A stretch of 64,000 bases of DNA from the human T2T-CHM13v2.0 reference genome, Homo sapiens (GCF_009914755.1 NC_060930.1), one strand, 5' to 3'; positions 1 through 13,005 are shown, counted from the first letter of the stretch. A program made the numbers and translations. Notes: generated by a model not told the origin, from the letters alone.

Positions 1-138
1 AACTACCATTCACACCAGCAATCCCATTACTGGGTATATACTCTGAGGAAAATAAATCATTCTACTATAAAGACACATGCACATGAATGCTCACTGAAGC
101 ATTATTCACAATCGCAAAGACATGCAATTAACCTAGAT
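1..138 (+). mobile_element. LINE-1 fragment, 3' part of ORF2 (older L1PA/L1PB type), cut by window start
   Basis: CCAGCAATCCCATTACTGGGTATATA...TTCTACTATAAAGACACATGCAC matches the ORF2 C-terminal region seen in other L1 copies here (e.g. 63695-63830). Confidence 0.85.
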
Positions 139-895
139 AAAGGATATAACAACTGTAAATTGTACCAATACCAGGGCACCCAGATATATAAAGCAAATAT
201 TATTAAAGCTAAAGAGAGACATAGACCGAATACCATAATAGTGGGGGACAGCAACACCCCACTTTCAGCAATAGACAAGTCACTCTGGCAGAAAATCAAC
301 AAAGAAGCATCGGCTTAATCTGCCCGATAGACCAAATGGACCTAGCAGACATTTACAGAATATGTCATCCAACAGCTGTAGAATATACGTTTTTCTCATT
401 AACACACAAAACAGTCTCCAGAATAGAATGTGATTAGGCAACAGAACGGTATCAACAAATGTTAAAAAACTGATTTTGTATTAAGTATCTTCTCAGACCA
501 AAAGAAAGTAAAACCATAAATCAATATAAAAAGAGGAACTTTGGAAACTGTAAAAATATATGAAATCAAACGCCTTGCTCCTGAATGACCATTATGTCAA
601 TAAATAAAGAAGAAAAACAAAACATTCCTTGAAACAAATGAAAATGGAAACGCAACATACCAAAACCTACGGGATACCGAAAAAGTAGTGCTAAGAGGGA
701 AATTTAGAGCAATAGATTTCTACTTCTAAAAAAACTGAAAGATTTCAAATAAACAGCCTAATGATCCATCTCAGGAAAATAAAAAGCAAGAACACACCAA
801 ACCCAAAATTAGAAAAATAAATAAATATCAGAGTAGAAATCAATGAAATGGAGACTACATAACAATACAAAGAAACAACAAAATGAAAAGTATTT
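139..895 (+). mobile_element. Old LINE-1 (L1MA-like) ORF2 endonuclease/linker fragment, decayed
   Basis: Colinear with 13400-14170 of the full-length L1 (GCACCCAGATATATAAAGCAA, AACACCCCACTTTCAGCAATAGACA, GCTCCTGAATGACCA, GTGCTAAGAGGGAAATTT); broken by stops and indels. Confidence 0.85.
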
Positions 896-2680
896 TTTTA
901 ATTTTATTGATACATACTAGATGTACATATTTTTGTACTACGTGTGATTTGATACAATCATGTAATCAAATCAGGGTGATGGGAATATCCATCATCTTAA
1001 ATATTTGTCTTCTCTTTAAGCTAGGAACATTCAAATTATTCTCTGCTGGTTATTTCAAAATGTACAATCAATTAATGTTAACTATAGTCACCCTACTGGT
1101 CTAGTGAACACCAGGTCTTAATTCTTCTAAATGTTTATTTATACCCATTACTCAACCTCTTTTCATCCCTCCCTTCCCCATACTCTTCCTTCTTCTAGGA
1201 ACCAACCATCAACTTTCTATTTTCCTTTTGATCTTTCACATATGAATGAGAACATGTGATATTTGTCTTTCTGTGCTTAGCTTATTTCACTTAACGTATT
1301 GACCTCTGGTTCCATTTATGTTGCTTCAAATGACAGACTTTTATTCTTTTTATGCCTGAATAATATCCCATTGTATATCAATAACACATTTGCTTTATCC
1401 TTTAATCCATTAATAGACATTGATATTGATTCCATGTGTTTGCTATTGTGAATAATGCTACAATAAACATCTGAGTGCAGGTATTTCTTTGATATACTCA
1501 TTTCTTTTCCTTTGGATAAACACCCAGTAATGTGATTGCTGTATCACATGGCAGTTCTATTTTTAGTTTTTCAAGAAGCCTCCATACTGTTTTCCATAAC
1601 AGCTATACTAATTTACATTCCCACCAACAGTGTACCAACACTGGAGAAAGTTCTCCGTTCTCCACATTCTCACCAGTATCTATCATTCCTTATTTTTTGA
1701 TAAAGGCATTTTAATTGGAGTGAGGTGAAATCTCATTGTAATTTTCATTTTACATTTCTCTGATAAGTGATTTTGAGCTCTTTTTCATAAAACTGTTGGC
1801 CATTTCTCTTTTTCGAGAAATGTTTATTCAGCAGTTTTGTCTACTTTTCTTCATCTTTTCCTTTCTCCTTTTTGGATATTGATTTGTTTGAGCTACTTTT
1901 ACATTCTTGTATCACTCTCTTGTCAGAATAGTTTACAAATATTTTGTCCCATTCTCTGAGTTGTCTTTTCATTTTATGATTGTTTTCTTTGCTGTGCAAA
2001 CTTTCGAGCTTATGTAATCCCGTTCGTCTATTTTTATTTTTGTTGCCTGTGCTTTTGAAGACTTACAAACATATTTGTTCAGACCAATGTCCTAAAGCAT
2101 TTCTCCAAGTTTTCTCATAGCAGTTTCATAGTCTGAGGTCTTTGAAGTCATAGTATTTTCATAGTGTGAGTCTTTAATCCATTTTTGATTTCATTTTTTG
2201 TATATGGTGAGAGGCAGGGGTCTAGTTTCATTCTTCTGCATATGGTTATCCAGTTTTCCCAGCACCATTTATTGAATAAACCATCCTTTCCCCAGTGTAT
2301 GAAATGAGTTGGCTGTAAATATATGTGTAGTTATATCTGGATTCTCTATCCTGTTCCATTGGTCTATATGCCAGTACCATGCTGATTTGGTTACTAAAAT
2401 TTTCTAGCGTAAAGTCAGGTATTGTGATTCCTCTAGGTTTGTTCATTTTGCTCAGGATTTGTTTGTTGTTGTTGTTGTTTGTTTGTTTGTTTGAGGTCTT
2501 TTGTGGTTCCATAAAATTTTAGAATTATTTTTCTGTTTTGTAGATAATATCATTGGTATTCTGATAGGGGTTGAATTGAATCTGTAAAGTGCTTTGGGAA
2601 GTTTTGTCATTTTAATAATATTAAATTCTTCTAATTCAGGCTCATGGAATATCCTTACTTTTTTGTGTCCTTTTCAATTT
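896..2680 (-). mobile_element. L1MA-type 3' portion (3' UTR and end of ORF2), antisense
   Basis: T-rich tail at ~893-907; L1MA-type 3' UTR (ATATCCATCATCTTAAA...AACTATAGTCACCCTACT); reverse-complement ORF2 motifs TTTACATTCCCACCAACAGTG and CAGTTTTCCCAGCACCATTTATTGAA. Confidence 0.85.
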
Positions 2681-2689
2681 CAGCCTATC

Positions 2690-3018
2690 AGAGCTGCTGA
2701 GACTGCATTCTGGGTCTTTTATCTCAGCTGGATTATTCACACCTGTAAGTGTAAAGTACTGGCAGTCAACTTATAACCATAAAGTCAACTTCATCTGAGA
2801 TTTGACCAATACCTCTCTACAACAAATAAAAGGCAGAGCCAAGAGTTACAGAGAAAAAGCAGGTCCCGATGATATAATTTACCATGGTTAAGCTTTGACC
2901 AAAGCTAGACTTATTCCTGAACATATTGGTTAGCTGAGGCAATAAATTTTATTTTTGTTCAAGCCAGTTTGGTTTGGATCTTCATTCACTTATAATCAAA
3001 AGAAATCTAACCATTACA
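2690..3018 (+). mobile_element. MaLR MLT1-family LTR remnant
   Basis: 3' end AATAAATTTT...TTCAAGCCAGTTTGGTTTGGATCTT...CACTTATAATCAAAAGAAATCTAACCATTACA typical of old MLT1 LTRs. Confidence 0.6.
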
Positions 3019-4009
3019 ACTTAGCTATAAAAAATGTCCTGTCCTTTTTTCCCCAGACAGCAGAAAATTTCGAAATAAACTTTCTTTAAACATTTTATTG
3101 CAAAACTATGATACGTTACAAAATTTAAAGCATTTGAAATCTAAGAAGAATGGCATTTCTGTGGAAATATTAAATGACTATCTGTGGAAAATTATAGTAC
3201 TGCCCTGCCTGTTTTAAATTATGGTATAAAGTTCACAGCTGTATATTCTTCAATTACCAGAAATCTGAGAAGTCTGCTATTTAGGCTCTTAAACAAACCT
3301 ATGTTTATTTCACTTTTGAGATAGCGAGAATGTTAAGAAGTAATCATTTTATTAAAAACAATAACTAGAGTTTACTTTTTATTTCTAAGTAAAAATATTT
3401 TCAAAATTAAATAGTTCTTGTTTCTGAGTCTCACATTTTAGTGGAGAAGATGAACACATAAACCACTGAAATCAGTGGTTTGCTTTGATCTTTGTTTTAA
3501 GGATTGTTAATTGAAATGGATTTACATCCTTTTTATCTGAAAGCAATGACAGCACTGATCAGGTATTTAGAGGAATTTTTTCCGACTATGTAATGGACGT
3601 CATTAGGAATCAGCCTGGAAACACTGTATTAAGTATAAATCAAATAGACTTTCAGACAGGAATTGCTTATTTGATGCTTTCTTAACCTAAAGTTTTCCTC
3701 CCAGTCAATTATAACTTACACAGTCTTATTTGTGTATGTCTTTTCAGCATCTATGAGGATTCCAATTTCACTAATCTACCTTTTTTCCTTTTGAAGATAG
3801 AGAAGATAGTAATAGAACTTGGCCATAGAAAGGAAACATGAAGTTGCAGAATTTCCTTTTCTTTTCCTAATGAAGATTTGGGAAGCTTTCCTTAACTCTA
3901 TTTTTTTTTTTTTACATACTCCGTAGTGTTTATGTAAAACTTTCAGTAGCAACCTAATTTTCACAATTGAGCAGATACGATGGAATTTGATACCCCTTCG
4001 AATCCTATT

Positions 4010-4226
4010 AATGACAAAAACTACTGCTTACACTGCACATATTATGTGCCAGGTATTGTTCTGGTATTTTTGCATACATTAATTTATGTAATTTTCATTA
4101 CCACTCTATGAAGTATAATGAGGTTAAGAACCTTGCCCAGTGTCTCATGGCTGCTCAGTGGCAGAGTGGTATAGCCACCCAGTCTATTAAGACTCTTGCT
4201 CTTAACCACAGCATGCACTGCCTCTC
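4010..4226 (-). mobile_element. MIR SINE
   Basis: TATGTGCCAGGTATTGTTCT, GAGGTTAAGAACCTTGCCCAGTGTCTCATGGCT, GCTCTTAACCAC (antisense MIR core). Confidence 0.75.
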
Positions 4227-5164
4227 TGCACTGGAGGGCTGTGTTGAAAAGAGGACCATCAAGTCATTAGAATTCTGCTAGACCTTCTCACTTCTATTTT
4301 TCAGGAACAACAACAACAATAACAAAATAAAAAACAAAAAACAAACAAACAAACAAAAACCTCCATGCAACTCTAATCCTATGGATAGAGTTTGGTTTTC
4401 TAGAACTAATTCCATTGTTCAGCCCCAGTGACATGACGGCAGAAGAACCATCACTCATCCTTGCATGGCTACGAAATGTTTAATCCTGATTCTAATTTCC
4501 CTCCCTCTAGGTGACATTTAAAATGTCTGCTAACCAAATATGCTTGATATTTTGTTCTAAGTAGCAGTTAAAAATATGCAGGCAAGGTTATAAAGTAATC
4601 CCCAAACGTTTTTCGTAACAGTCATTAAGGTTTCCTTAATTAGATGAAAAGTGACAAGTGTGAAATACATTACACATTTTGGTATTTAACAGCTATATTA
4701 ACACATTGTATATCTCAATTATTTCAGAATATGGAATACTTATTTGTAATTAGAACTTAATTTCTTATTCATGTGTATCTATATTAAAGACATGTGCAGG
4801 ATAAGAAACACAGATTGAATTATTAAAATATGAATTGCAATACATTTGAAATCCTGGATGATTTTAAATATTAGAAAAACGAAGTGCATTTCTGAATCAG
4901 GAAAAAAGAACTAAGTCAATTTCCTGTCCCCACACTCAGAGACTAACTAGTAGATCAGTATTCCGTGGCACAATTTCTGAATTTGATTTCTGACCTCAAA
5001 AAAAAGAAGGGTTATGGTCTTTTACCCACTCTACCAAACCCTAGCTATATTGCCAGATGTTTGCTAAACTTCTTTAATAAATTAGCATATTTTATATTTT
5101 TGATATTTTTACCTGCTATAAGTCATAGAGGCAATAAAGAAATGAAACTGATGAAGGATAATGT

Positions 5165-5356
5165 TTGGAGATTTGGGCTCCATTGTCTCCAACTGTGGTG
5201 GTAGAAAAGTCACTTGGCCTAGTTGAGGCTTAATTTTCTCATCCGTAAAATGAGGGTAAAAATACTTCCTTTTCTAACTACTTCACAGGATTATCAGGAA
5301 CAGTACATGAAATAATGTTTCTGAATGGGGCTTGTAAATTTTCAAGTGCTAGACAG
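5165..5356 (+). mobile_element. MIR SINE
   Basis: AAGTCACTT...TTTTCTCATCCGTAAAATGAGGGTAAAAATAC...CTTCACAGGATTAT core. Confidence 0.7.
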
Positions 5357-5399
5357 AATTAGTCATAACTACTCTATGGGTTTTCTAGGAGGAGTTGCA

Positions 5400-5592
5400 G
5401 GTCAGAACCAGTTGGGGAGGCTGTGCATTGCACAAAAGTATCATATCACATCACATAGATTTCTATATGAATGCCAGTAATTATCCAGCAAAAGGTGTTA
5501 GAGAATCTTGTTCTAATAACTTCTGCATGTTATGACAATTTTCCAGTAGGAAGGAGTTCTTTTTCTAATTCTTACAAAGACCCTTTGTGTTG
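5400..5592. mobile_element. Possible hAT-Tip100 (Arthur1-like) MITE remnant
   Basis: GCTGTGCATTGCACAA and CTTTTTCTAATTCTTACAAAGACCCC resemble recalled Arthur1 ends; weak match. Confidence 0.35.
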
Positions 5593-5614
5593 TGATAGAG
5601 GAAGCATTGTCCTG

Positions 5615-6172
5615 GCTTCTTGACTCTTCCTTTCTGCAGTTCAATATTCATGCTGCAGTCTGATAATTATTCCTAAAATGCAAGCTTGATAATGTTATTT
5701 TTCTGCCAAAATCCCAACCAAGACTCCTCAATTGCCTCCAGAATAAAGTGTAAATTTCAAAATTTGACAAAGCTCTTGGCCCCTTGTCATTACCCTCATC
5801 TCCTCTCTCTCTGCTCTTAGCCAGCTCCAGCTTTACTCCAGTGTGGGGAGAGACCCACAGTCCCTTAAACAGCATGCATTTTCTCACCTCTGAGTCTGAG
5901 GAATTACCTTCTGCCTGACACATCCTTCTACTTCTCCATCGCTCTAGGTGGCTTAAATGCCACCTGAGATTTCACCTCCTCCAAGAAGCCACCCCTAATC
6001 TAACCTTTAAACTCAACCCTGTAAGAATCTTTGTCCCTTTATTCTCTTATAGTGACCCATTAAGCCATTTGACTCCCTCAAGTAGATAATGAGCAACTGA
6101 AGGACAGAGAGTGTGTACAACTTGCCTTTGTGCCTGGCACAAACTAGACCCCGCATACATTTGCTGAATGAA
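5615..6172 (+). mobile_element. LINE-2 3' end
   Basis: TTCCTAAAATGCAAGCTTGAT...; TCCTCCAAGAAGCC; terminal TGCCTGGCACAAACTAG...ACATTTGCTGAATGAA. Confidence 0.75.
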
Positions 6173-6729
6173 ACAGAGCCTAGCTTTTAGTGGTCGATCT
6201 TCTGCTTATTTGCTTTGTGATTTTGAGCAAACCTTTTAATCTCTAATTTTCCTGCTAGTAAAATGGAAGTGTGAATTAGTCAATCCATAAAGGATTTTGG
6301 TGGTTCTACATTTCTATAAATCTGAAATACAGCTTAAACTAAAAGAAACAATTTAGTAAATGCTGTTATTATCCAGATAATAACTTGATATATTTGAACA
6401 TACCATAGGTTCCTAATAGTCCTATAAATGTGAAAACTATAAATAGCAACAACTAAAACATGGACCTGGTTTAATCTCTGCAAAGAAATATTTTGTTCTT
6501 TTCAATCTAAATGAGGACATGTAAAAAAGTTTTATATTCTAAGAATATTTTTAATTAAAATATTTGAACCAACTTTTGAATCCTGTCTAATCTCAGCTGT
6601 TACTGTATTCAGTATGTTTATTAAATTGGAGGGCAAAACCCAATGGAAGGGCACTCACATCTTCATCTCTTATTGCTGAGTTTAAAAAGCAACAGCCCAA
6701 ATACCATAGCAATAGCTTATTATTGTACA

Positions 6730-7115
6730 ATTGCCCACAGTATCCGAGGGAAATTGGTTCCAAAATACACACCCTCATCCCTTCCCCCACTACCCCATAA
6801 ATATCAAAATCTTTCGATGCTCAAGTCCCTGAATTAAAATGGCAGTGTTTGCCTATAACCTAGTCACATCCTCCTGTATACTTTAAATCATCTCAAATAT
6901 CATAACAAATATTCACATAGCATTTGTGTTATATTAGGTATTATAAGTAATGCACAGGTATTTCATACAATGCAAATGCTGTGTAAATATTTGTTACACT
7001 ATATTGGTTTTAAAATTTGTATTATGTTTTTTGTTATATTGTTATTTTTTATTGTTTTTCCCCCAGATATTTTCCATTTGCCTTAGTTGAATCTGCCCTG
7101 TGGCTATGAGGGCCT
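6730..7115 (+). mobile_element. MER2 (Tigger-family DNA transposon MITE) with internal inverted duplication
   Basis: GTATCCGAGGGAAATTGGTTCCA, GATGCTCAAGTCCCTG, CACATCCTCCTGTATACTTTAAATCATCTC and GTTGAATCTGC...TATGAGGGC match recalled MER2. Confidence 0.8.
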
Positions 7116-9119
7116 ATTTAATGGCAGGTTGTATTTATGTGCATCTACTATTATAACCTAACATGCAATTCAGATTTACCTTTCCCTGGACATGTTGCAG
7201 ATAGAGTTGTCCATTGTAGGAAATAAGGTCACAAAAGCACAGTGAGATCTACCAGAATTAAAATCAAAGATATTAGAGAAATTCTAATATCTCAAATCAT
7301 TACAGAAGTAATGAGAGTTCAAAATTAATTAATTAATTAAATAAAAACAGTTCAAAAGTGTATATTTACAATCAGCAATATTTTCATTCCCCCCAAAATT
7401 CTGATTCTCTCTTAACTACTGTAGGCATTTGACTTGATTATAATTGAAATGAAGTCAAATACAAATCAAATATATGGGGCTATTCTTAACCTTTTACTGA
7501 GACCGTGGTAACAATTTGAATGCTAGCTTCAATTGCCAACCAGGTCTACCCACTTCCCCTATCATGAGCTCTTTCATTAAGTCATATCTGACCTTGTCTG
7601 TTGGATATAACAGAAGAGAGAAGAGAACTGAGAAGAGAGCTGACTGTATAGGCTTATTGAAGGTTTATGATTTCCTTACTTAGGTTTTGTTCTCTGTAAG
7701 AAAGTGTCTTATAAGTCATTATACACCAGAACATACATGTAGGAGAACATGTAGACTTAGAAATATGTTAGACATTTTTTTTCTCAGAAAATTCAAAACC
7801 TTTTATTTTTGCTGCTGAAATCGAAAAGGAAAAGAAATGTTTTGGTGGCTGAAACTCAAATACACACGAAGTAAGTGTGTGTGCATGTATGTTTATTTCC
7901 TTAAGAGTTAATATCCCTAATTGAGAAGGTTTTCAACAAATGATCGTGGTAATGGCAATGAAAAGGCTTGGCAAGTGAAAATCAGTTATTTTACAGTGGT
8001 TTAACATTTTCCAAATACCAAATCTAATAGGTGTTTGACATTGTACATAATTCACTGGATCTTTATTTCATTTTTGCAACAAATTTATGGATTAAGCTTC
8101 AGGGTAAATTACTTCAACACACAATCAAACTATTCAGGGAATGTGGAATGAAAGCTGTACAATTATCTCATGGATTTCAAAGTCAATATGCAGAAGTCAA
8201 GTGCCAGCTCCTCCTGGGCTTAATCTTAATCATCCTGAGGATTTCGTGCTGTGGGCAGAGCAGTGTATCATTAAGATGTGGGTGGAAGTGGCAATAAAAG
8301 AAAGGGCTATTGGAATGTGGAGATGGTGGTAGGAAGGAAAGAAGCGAGTCACAGAGAGCAGTTGTACAAGATGCTAAAGCCCATGTGCCCTCCATTTTAA
8401 CAGACTGACCAATAATATCATGTATCTAATGTTGATCAGTGTTTTTTAGCATGTTCCCTTGGATGCATATAGGACATGAACGCTTCTACGACCCCCATTA
8501 ATTTTGATACATCATACTGAGTGTGATTCCCAGAGGAATCCATTATTTTCTGTGTATTCTCAAAATAAAATATTTTGTTGAGGTTTTCTTTCTGTAGATT
8601 ATATGACAATAATAATACAGGAAGTTTTTTTCCCAAAATAAAATTAGAGTATAACATTGAATGTGGGTTTTTAAAGTATACATGTGTACTTTCCACACTC
8701 AAGAGATTAAAATACACCCCCATGGATGATATGGCCCCAGATTGAGAATCATAGATTTGCTGGGTGTTTAAGAAGCAAAATGTACCATAGAGAATGACAT
8801 TGAAAAAGGAAATACAACTGAGCTACATTTGATTTAGAACTATTAATAATACCCTTGAATCATTAAGAAGTTCATCTCATGTGAAACGAATACAAATCCA
8901 CTGGCTGCACCAGGAGCCATATGCAGTTTTAAAGTGAGTGCTGGACTAAAGGCATCAATTCTTTTGTATGTGACAGCAACAGTCATAAATGTATCTACTT
9001 TAGTGTGAGAAAGGAATGTACTTTATTACCTTGCCACCCCTTATAGAGTCATACAAGCAGGCACCTGCCATAGATTTCAGTTGAGTAAGTCAGTGACTTT
9101 TAAAGACCTGCCAGTGAAC

Positions 9120-9288
9120 TGGTGCCAGACTGGCTAGAGAAGAATCACCCAAGTTACTTGTTATATACAAATTCACCTGAGTGTCTCCCCAATATTCCTG
9201 AATTACAATCTTTGCAGTTGGAGTCCAAGAATTATTATCTTAAACAGCTTTGTTGGTAACTCATGTGACCAGCTTTAGGAACCACTGT
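9120..9288. mobile_element. MER5-type hAT-Charlie MITE
   Basis: AGAATCACCCAAGTTACTTGTTATATACAAATT...TTTAGGAACCACTG. Confidence 0.55.
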
Positions 9289-10907
9289 ACTGACTTATAT
9301 TTCATCTCAGTAGTTATACAATAAGCTCTCTCCTCTTACTTACAAGAGAGTGTTTGTAAGTAACACTCTCTTCTGAAAAAAATAACTAAAAAGTCTGATA
9401 ATGGCAATTTTCTGAAGAAAGTAAGCATTGACAGGCAACAAAGTGCAGTATCAGAATTTGGACATTCCATGATTGTCTACACCCTGCAGATTAAGACCAC
9501 CAACACTTTAAGAGGCTACTTTTTATCACTGGAATCTTAACTTCTCTCTTGGCTGGATTATGGAACTGGAATCTTCCTGAAGTAGAGGTGCATTAGTAGA
9601 CTTTTACTCATTTTCTGGAATGAAACTGTGAAGTCTATATCTATTCACATCAGAAAAAAAATGCTCTAAGTCAATATGTCTTAATACTTGAAAATAGGAC
9701 AAACTTTTCTACTGCACAACATAAAACATTTTAAAGAAATTATATGACTTACAGTAGCTTATATATTGTTAAATGTTTAACCAAACACCCATGTTTTTAG
9801 TAATAAAGTACAAATAAATGGCAGTGAATATTAAAAGTGTGAATTTAGAGGTGCAACTTTTACTCAATTTCTTACTCTTAATGGGATTTGGAAAGGAGCT
9901 GCTATTTCAGAGTGTTAATCTATATCAGGAAAACTCTGCTAAATTTGAAGTTTTATAAATGTACATGAAAATGATTGAGAAAAACAAATTTTAGTAAGGA
10001 TTACTTTTTCTTCATTTAACGAGAATGTGAGCTTTACCAGACAGATCATTCATTTATTTATCAACAAACTGAACAAATCTATATTGAGCATCTGCCAACC
10101 ATTCTGATTAGCCAGAGCACACAACAAGGGTAGTTCACAATTAATCAATTTTTCCTTCCCATTAAGCAATTATTTATAAACCTCCAATTCAATTAAAAGA
10201 CATATTTATTCATTCATTCATTCAAGTATTTTTCTTTATTATCTTGCATAGCCCTATGCTATGCTCTATCAAGGACTTCAAAAATTATGTACAGGGCTTC
10301 TGTTCTAATAGCTTCTAATCATGATAATTTGTAAAATTGAATGTGTTTCTCAAAGAGTAGATAATAGGTGTTTTACTTTTAGCATCCTTGATTTCCTACA
10401 AAAAAAAGACAAGGATCGTTGTGAAGGGAGCCAAAGAAATATAGGTAAAAATTCTTTCCCGATGAGATTCTAGGTGGTTTGATAAAATGTGTTGTTGCCT
10501 TTAAGCCAGCAGTGGAGAAGTTTGAAAAATGTAACGTTCATTTGCCTGTTAGATAAAATACCATGGCCATTCATTATAAAACCCCCTTCTATGCCTTTAA
10601 TATTTATTTTGCCATATTTACTTGTCAAAAATCCAAACCAGCAGAAATCCAACCATTTCCAGCTCCAAGCCTGAACAGTGAAGTGCAGCTGAATGTGGAT
10701 AGAGAAAAACCAACAGATGAACTGATAATTTTCCCTTTAAATTTACCTGTGTGCTTCCCAACAATCATACTATTTTCCCCCATATCTCCTAATGTTTGAA
10801 AACAGTATGAAAGATATGTCATATTTTCCTCTTCTCTTAGGCTCCTAACACTTTCTTTATTTCCCTTTCAAGTCAAATATTGGTGATGTTTATTTTTTGA
10901 AAAATTT

Positions 10908-10969
10908 GATATTAACTATTTCTGCCTAACAAAGATCCCCAAGCTTAATAATGTAAAACAAATGAACTA
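10908..10969 (-). mobile_element. MLT1-family LTR, left part (interrupted by the L1 insertion)
   Basis: TATTAACTATTTCTGCCTAACAAAGATCCCCAAGCTTAATAATGTAAAACAA is the antisense end of an MLT1 LTR; it resumes after the L1 at 17114. Confidence 0.6.
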
Positions 10970-10970
10970 T

Positions 10971-11987
10971 GGAGCCAAGATGGCCGAATAGGAACAGCTC
11001 CAGTCTACAGCTCCCAGCGTGAGCGACCCAAAAGGCAGGTGATTTCTGCATTTCCAAATGAGGTACCGGGTTCATCTCACTGGGGAGTGTCGGACAGTGG
11101 GTGCAGGACAGTGGGTGCAGCACACCATGCATGAGCCGAAGCAGGGCAAGGCATCGCCTCACCCAGGAAGTGCAAGGGGTCAGGGAATTCCCTTTCCTAA
11201 TCAAAGAAAGGGGTGACAGATGGCACCTGGAAAATCGGGTCACTCCCACCCTAATACTGCGCTTTTCCAAAGGGCTTAACAAACGGTACACCAGGAGATT
11301 ATATCCCACACATGGCTCAGAGGGTCCTATGCACACAGAGCCTCATTCACTGGTACCATAGCAGTCTGAGATCAAACTGCAAGGCGGCAGCGAGGCTCAG
11401 GGAGGGGTGCCCACCATTGCTCAGGCTTGAGTAGGTAAACAAAACAGCCAGGAAGCTCTAACTGGGTGGAGACCACCACAGCTCAAAAAGGCCTGCCTGC
11501 CTCTGTAGGCTCCACCTCTGGGGGCAGGGCACAGACAAACAAAAGACAACAATAACCTCTCAGACTTAAATGTCCCTCTCTGACAGCTTTGAAGAGAGTA
11601 GTGGTTCTCCCAGCACACAGCTTGAGATCTGAGAACAGGCAGACTGCCTCCTAAAGTGAGTCCCTGACTCCCAAGTAGCCTAACTGGGAGGCACCCCCAA
11701 GTAGGGGCAGACTGACACCTCACACAGCTGGGTACTCCTCTGAGACAAAACTTCCAGAGGATCAGGCAGCAGCATTTGTGGTTCACCAATATCCGCTGTT
11801 CTGCAGCCACCGCTGCTGATACCCAGGCAAACAGGATCTGGAGTGGACCTCCAGTAAACTCCAACAGACCTGCAGCTGAGGGTCCTGACTGTTAGAAGGA
11901 AAACTAACAAACAGAAAGGGCATCCACACAAAAAACCCATCTGTACATCACCATCATCAAAGACCAAAGGTAGATAAAACCACAAAG
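10971..11987 (+). promoter_or_regulatory. L1 5' UTR internal sense/antisense promoter with YY1 site (CAAGATGGCC, 10976-10985)
   Basis: Position and sequence of the L1 5' UTR. Many CpGs have decayed to TG/CA; activity cannot be shown from sequence. Confidence 0.7.
11200..11417 (-). pseudogene. ORF0: L1 ORF0 (antisense 5' UTR ORF), disrupted
   Basis: ATG at 11417-11415 reads MVGTPP*ASLPPCSLISDCYGTSE*GS, then in frame GPSEPCVGYNLLV...IRVGVTRFSRC (track ORF 10926..11336); two in-frame TGA stops; lower boundary approximate. Confidence 0.75.
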
Positions 11988-13005
11988 ATGGGGAAAAAAC
12001 AGAGCAGAAAAACCAGAAACTCTAAAAATCAGAGTGCCTCTCCTCCTCCAAAGGAACGCAGCTCCTCACCAGCAATGGAACAAAGCTGGACAAAGAATGA
12101 CTTTGACGAGTTGAGAGAGAAAGGCTTGAGAAGATCAAACTACTCCAAGCTAAAGGATGAAGTTCAAACCAATGGCAAACAAGTTAAAAACTTTGAAACA
12201 AAATTAGACGAATGGATAACTAGAATAACCAATGCAGAGAAGTCCTTAAAGGACCTGATGGAGCTGAAAACCATGGCACGAGAACTACATGATGAATGCA
12301 CAAGCCTCAGTAACTGATGCGATTAACTGGAAGAAAGGGTATCAGTGATGGAAGACGAAATGAATGAAATGAACTGTGAAGAGAAGTTTAGAGAAAAAAG
12401 AATAAAAAGAAATGAACAAAGCCTCCAAGAAATATGGGACTATGTGAAAAGACCAAATCTATGTCTTATCAGTGTACCTGAAAGTGATGGGGAGAATGGA
12501 ACCAAGTTGGAAAACACTCTGCAGGATATTATCCAGGAGAACTTCCCCAATCTAGCAAGGCAGGCCAACATTCAAATTCAGGAAATACAGAGAACACCAC
12601 AAAGATACTCCTCGAGAAGAGCAACTCCAAGACACATAATTGTCAGATTCACCAAAGTTGAAATGAAGGAAAAAATGTTAAGGGCAGCCAGAGAGAAAGG
12701 TTGGGTTACCCACAAAGGCAAGCCCATCAGACTAACAGAGGATCTCTCGGCAGAAACTCTACAAGCCAGAAGAGAGTGGGGGCCAATATTCAACATTCTT
12801 AAAGAAAAGAATTTTCAACCCAGAATTTCATATCCAGCCAAACTAAGCTTCATAAGTGAAGGAGAAATAAAATACTTTACAGAGAAGCAAATGCTGAGAG
12901 ATTTTGTCACCACCCAGGCCTGCCCTAAAAGAGCTCCTGAAGGAAGCACTAAACATGGAAAGGAACAACTGGTACCAGCCACTGCAAAAACATGCCAAAT
13001 TGTAA
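11988..13005 (+). pseudogene. ORF1: L1 ORF1p (RNA-binding chaperone), disrupted
   Basis: MGKKQSRK...; TGA at 12315-12317; RRM/CTD motifs EIWDYVKRPNL, ARREWG, YPAKLS; +1 frameshift near 12913; native TAA at 13003-13005. Confidence 0.95.

Noticed and set aside
8436-8756. Possible ancient hAT MITE
   Set aside because: The ends (CAGTGTTTTTTA / TTGAGAATCATAG) are only suggestive; I cannot assign a family.
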